From Eledone cirrhosa (Eukaryota): a DNA stretch of 64,000 bases. The notes below the pieces were generated by a model. It searched no databases, had not been told where the DNA came from, and saw only the letters and a program-made list of their open reading frames with translations. Location: NCBI GenBank assembly GCA_964016885.1, contig OZ024759.1, positions 33,542,001 through 33,606,000 of the forward strand, read 5' to 3'. Position numbers and translations under genes: made by a program. Below, piece by piece: positions 59,378-64,000 of the stretch; the stretch's first letter is position 1, and every line of letters begins with the position of its first letter.

Positions 59378-60704
59378 ATTATTTAATAAATTTGGAACAT
59401 AATTTTCTCATGTCGACTGGATACAAATAAACAGTAAATTTCCCTGTAGTTGCTTAGTGTGAGTGTGTCCATGAAATATATATACACCCGGTCTGAACAA
59501 AAAGGGACCAAACTCCCACTGTCACTGACTACGTCTCTCCCGCTCTCCCCATCTCACAGTATTATGAGCAAATGGGGGCCCACGAGTTTGGAACGTTACA
59601 CAGTTTATTTCCTGAACTTATGACAGGATATTGTTTTTAGAAAACACAGCCTCTGCAGTTGCTGTTTAACTATTATGTATGCACTTTGAACATATAGATG
59701 CAGTTTCATTTCTGGAGCCTTGATTCATTGAGGGAGAGAACTATGGCCAGAGATCGATGAAATAATATCAGTGATCCAATAAAGAAAACCCGTAACCCCG
59801 ATAAAGAAACATATTTAAATTGAACAGTTTTGTATAAATAAACCCGAGATGTTTCAGGCATTTTGATATGGAAAAAGTTGAAATGTTTATAAAGCAGAAA
59901 ATATTCATCTAATTCTTATTAAAATCTAGAGTAATGATAGCTAAAGATGAGAGAGGCATATGATGGCGACTACAACGGCGATGATAAGAATAGTAATAAT
60001 TATATCTTATTTAGGGTAGTAATTTGGCGGAGGGGAAATTCGGTTAATAATAGTAAAAAGAAGAATGAAGAAAGTGGAGTAAAAAGAAGAATGAAGGAGA
60101 ATGGCGAAGAAGAAAGTGGAGAAAAAGGTGGAAGAGGAAAAAAAGAGGAGGGTATAATGATGAAGGATGTGGAGGGGGAGATGGAAGGAGGGCTGGATGG
60201 ATAGGAGGAGGTTGACTTGATAACAGATAAGAAATGACAAATATCTTAGAGAAACAGACATTAATAAATAAAAATGAATACAATTTAAAACAAATAGCTA
60301 AAGGAACACCACTACCTTCAAACACACCAACAGTACCGCCACCACCGATAACACCAACAACATCACCACAACTACCGATAACACCAACAACAACAACATC
60401 GCCACCAAGAACACCACCAACAACACCATCAATACCATCACCACCAACAAAGACGACAACACCACCACACCCTAGACTACCACCACCGCAACGCCACCGC
60501 CACTAGCGTCAACACAACCACCCTCATCACCACCACTACTACCGACAACACCAGCGCCCTCAACACCACCACTACTACCGACAACAGCACCACACCACCA
60601 CCAGCAAAAGTGAGAACCACAAGGGGAGAGAAACGTGGAGGACAAGAAAGATATGAACAAAAGAAAGCATGTATCTCATATAGAAGAAATAATATATATA
60701 TATA

Positions 60705-60735
60705 TATACACATAAACATATATATATATATACAC

Positions 60736-60790
<55 letters not shown>

Positions 60791-60895
60791 AATATATATA
60801 TATATATATATACACATAAATATATATATATATAAATACACATAAATATATATATATATAAATACACATAAATATATATATATATATATATACAC

Positions 60896-60942
<47 letters not shown>

Positions 60943-61275
60943 AATATATATATATATATATACACATAAATATATATATATATATATATATACACATAAA
61001 TATATATATATATATATATATACACATAAATATATATATATATATATATACACATAAATATATATATATATATATATATACACATAAATATATATACACA
61101 TAAATATATATATATATATACACATAAATATATATATATATATATATATACACATAAATATATATATATATATATATATACACATGAATATATATATATA
61201 TATATATATACACATAAATATATATATATATATATATACACATAAATATATATATATATATATATATACACATAA

Positions 61276-61306
<31 letters not shown>

Positions 61307-61341
61307 AATATATATATATATATATTTATATATACACATAA

Positions 61342-61374
<33 letters not shown>

Positions 61375-61377
61375 CAC

Positions 61378-61418
<41 letters not shown>

Positions 61419-61437
61419 AATATATATATATATATAT
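60705..61437. repeat. Compound satellite cacataaa(ta)n
   Basis: Directly visible. Confidence 0.9.
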
Positions 61438-61705
61438 ATATAAAGGACGTAAAATAAAAAAATATTTTTTTAAAAAAAATTTAAAAAAAATTTTTTTCTT
61501 ACTTAAATTTTCACTCCAACTAATTAGTTTCTGCAATGGGATAAAGACAGTTACGTAATTCAACTGTCGAGAATTCATTGCGTCATCAGGAAGTCTATTC
61601 TCAGTTAAGTCTCCAGGCAATGCGCGGACACTGGCGGCTCATATAAAAATAATAATAATTCGGTAGATCGAACAGCTTGCGAGGACTGAATTCTATGTAC
61701 CGAAA
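61438..61705 (-). repeat. Inverted 268-bp partial copy of the 558-bp unit, including an HHR at 61513-61594 (-)
   Basis: Reverse complement of 61802-62069; left end fused to (TA)n. Confidence 0.95.
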
Positions 61706-61912
61706 GGCGTCAGTCATCTTACCATCCCATTCCTTCTAACTAGCCTCTGTGTCACGTGATTGATTCTTTAGAATCGGCCATTTGACTTGAAGCAGTGAGA
61801 ATTTCGGTACATAGAATTCAGTCCTCGCAAGCTGTTCGATCTACCGAATTATTATTATTTTTATATGAGCCGCCAGTGTCCGCGCATTGCCTGGAGACTT
61901 AACTGAGAATAG

Positions 61913-61994
61913 ACTTCCTGATGACGCAATGAATTCTCGACAGTTGAATTACGTAACTGTCTTTATCCCATTGCAGAAACTAATTAGTTGGAGT
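61913..61994 (+). ncRNA. Type I hammerhead ribozyme, unit 1
   Basis: acttc-CTGATGA-c-gcaatg...cattgc-a-GAAAC-taatta-GTT-ggagt. Stem I acttc/ggagt (one G.U); stem II gcaatg/cattgc with an inner hairpin gacagtt/aactgtc; palindromic stem III AACTAATTAGTT. Confidence 0.78.
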
Positions 61995-62470
61995 GAAAAT
62001 TTAAGTAAGAAAAAAATTTTTTTTAAATTTTTTTTAAAAAAATATTTTTTTATTTTACGTCCTTTATATTATTGTTCTGCATTCTCCTGCATTGAACCAC
62101 CTAGGTACTATGACATAACCTGTGTATTTGCTGGCATGGGCGTGCATCTGTGCGCTTATGTTAGTTGATATATTAAATTATCTATATTTATCTCCAAATC
62201 ACTGATTTGTCGAGCAAACTTGTCAAAACCACTTCTAAAAAAATTTTTTTTGGGGTGTTAGTAGGCGTCAGTCATCTTACCATCCCATTCCTTCTAACTA
62301 GCCTCTGTGTCACGTGATTGATTCTTTAGAATCGGCCATTTGACTTGAAGCAGTGAGAATTTCGGTACATAGAATTCAGTCCTCGCAAGCTGTTCGATCT
62401 ACCGAATTATTATTATTTTTATATGAGCCGCCAGTGTCCGCGCATTGCCTGGAGACTTAACTGAGAATAG

Positions 62471-62552
62471 ACTTCCTGATGACGCAATGAATTCTCGACA
62501 GTTGAATTACGTAACTGTCTTTATCCCATTGCAGAAACTAATTAGTTGGAGT
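62471..62552 (+). ncRNA. Type I hammerhead ribozyme, unit 2
   Basis: Identical to 61913-61994. Confidence 0.78.
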
Positions 62553-63028
62553 GAAAATTTAAGTAAGAAAAAAATTTTTTTTAAATTTTTTTTAAAAAAA
62601 TATTTTTTTATTTTACGTCCTTTATATTATTGTTCTGCATTCTCCTGCATTGAACCACCTAGGTACTATGACATAACCTGTGTATTTGCTGGCATGGGCG
62701 TGCATCTGTGCGCTTATGTTAGTTGATATATTAAATTATCTATATTTATCTCCAAATCACTGATTTGTCGAGCAAACTTGTCAAAACCACTTCTAAAAAA
62801 ATTTTTTTTGGGGTGTTAGTAGGCGTCAGTCATCTTACCATCCCATTCCTTCTAACTAGCCTCTGTGTCACGTGATTGATTCTTTAGAATCGGCCATTTG
62901 ACTTGAAGCAGTGAGAATTTCGGTACATAGAATTCAGTCCTCGCAAGCTGTTCGATCTACCGAATTATTATTATTTTTATATGAGCCGCCAGTGTCCGCG
63001 CATTGCCTGGAGACTTAACTGAGAATAG

Positions 63029-63110
63029 ACTTCCTGATGACGCAATGAATTCTCGACAGTTGAATTACGTAACTGTCTTTATCCCATTGCAGAAACTAAT
63101 TAGTTGGAGT
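63029..63110 (+). ncRNA. Type I hammerhead ribozyme, unit 3
   Basis: Identical to 61913-61994. Confidence 0.78.
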
Positions 63111-63588
63111 GAAAATTTAAGTAAGAAAAAAATTTTTTTTAAATTTTTTTTAAAAAAATATTTTTTTATTTTACGTCCTTTATATTATTGTTCTGCATTC
63201 TCCTGCATTGAACCACCTAGGTACTATGACATAACCTGTGTATTTGCTGGCATGGGCGTGCATCTGTGCGCTTATGTTAGTTGATATATTAAATTATCTA
63301 TATTTATCTCCAAATCACTGATTTGTCGAGCAAACTTGTCAAAACCACTTCTAAAAAAAAATTTTTTTTGGGGTGTTAGTAGGCGTCAGTCATCTTACCA
63401 TCCCATTCCTTCTAACTAGCCTCTGTGTCACGTGATTGATTCTTTAGAATCGGCCATTTGACTTGAAGCAGTGAGAATTTCGGTACATAGAATTCAGTCC
63501 TCGCAAGCTGTTCGATCTACCGAATTATTATTATTTTTATATGAGCCGCCAGTGTCCGCGCATTGCCTGGAGACTTAACTGAGAATAG

Positions 63589-63670
63589 ACTTCCTGATGA
63601 CGCAATGAATTCTCGACAGTTGAATTACGTAACTGTCTTTATCCCATTGCAGAAACTAATTAGTTGGAGT
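63589..63670 (+). ncRNA. Type I hammerhead ribozyme, unit 4
   Basis: Identical to 61913-61994. Confidence 0.78.
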
Positions 63671-64000
63671 GAAAATTTAAGTAAGAAAAAAATTTTTTTT
63701 AAATTTTTTTTAAAAAAATATTTTTTTATTTTACGTCCTTTATATTATTGTTCTGCATTCTCCTGCATTGAACCACCTAGGTACTATGACATAACCTGTG
63801 TATTTGCTGGCATGGGCGTGCATCTGTGCGCTTATGTTAGTTGATATATTAAATTATCTATATTTATCTCCAAATCACTGATTTGTCGAGCAAACTTGTC
63901 AAAACCACTTCTAAAAAAATTTTTTTTTGGGGTGTTAGTAGGCGTCAGTCATCTTACCATCCCATTCCTTCTAACTAGCCTCTGTGTCACGTGATTGATT

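Larger units (their letters stand above)
61705..64000 (+). mobile_element. Tandem array of 558-560-bp HHR-containing units (retrozyme-like satellite), at least 4.1 copies, open at the window end
   Basis: Units start aggcgtcagtc at 61705, 62263, 62821, 63381 and 63940; the only differences seen are in A/T homopolymer lengths. Confidence 0.9.

Noticed and set aside
61918-61994. C/D-box snoRNA reading of TGATGA
   Set aside because: No D box with a terminal stem; the hammerhead fold explains all flanking pairings.
61887-62168. 93-aa ORF repeated in each satellite unit
   Set aside because: TTG start, runs through A/T homopolymers (KKKIFFKFF), and no known motif.

Overview
This is AT-rich, microsatellite-saturated animal genomic DNA. 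The SINE, Tx1-like LINE and (TA)n landscape suggests a coleoid cephalopod, probably Octopus (inference). Nearly all ORFs in the supplied track are translation artefacts of (TA)n, (CA)n, (GA)n or (GGT)n tracts. No intact host gene was recognised, only weak candidate exons. Recognisable content: about 20 copies or fragments of tRNA-derived SINEs, an internally deleted mariner, a decayed hATm-like transposase, a 5'-truncated L1/Tx1-like LINE, and several minisatellites. The most notable signal is a dense set of hammerhead-ribozyme (HHR) motifs. (i) A near-perfect 558-bp tandem array (61705-64000, running off the window) has a type I HHR in each unit and is preceded by an inverted partial copy abutting a (TA)n tract, a retrozyme / Penelope-pLTR-like architecture. 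(ii) A solitary Schistosoma-like full-length type I HHR with a U3-A8 covariant core lies at 52280-52374. (iii) Several other sequence-unrelated foldback or short elements with HHR cores lie at about 11.5, 18.6, 25.3/25.9, 36.8, 41.5 and 47.3 kb, almost all adjacent to (TA)n. All folds were done by eye and no activity is demonstrated.
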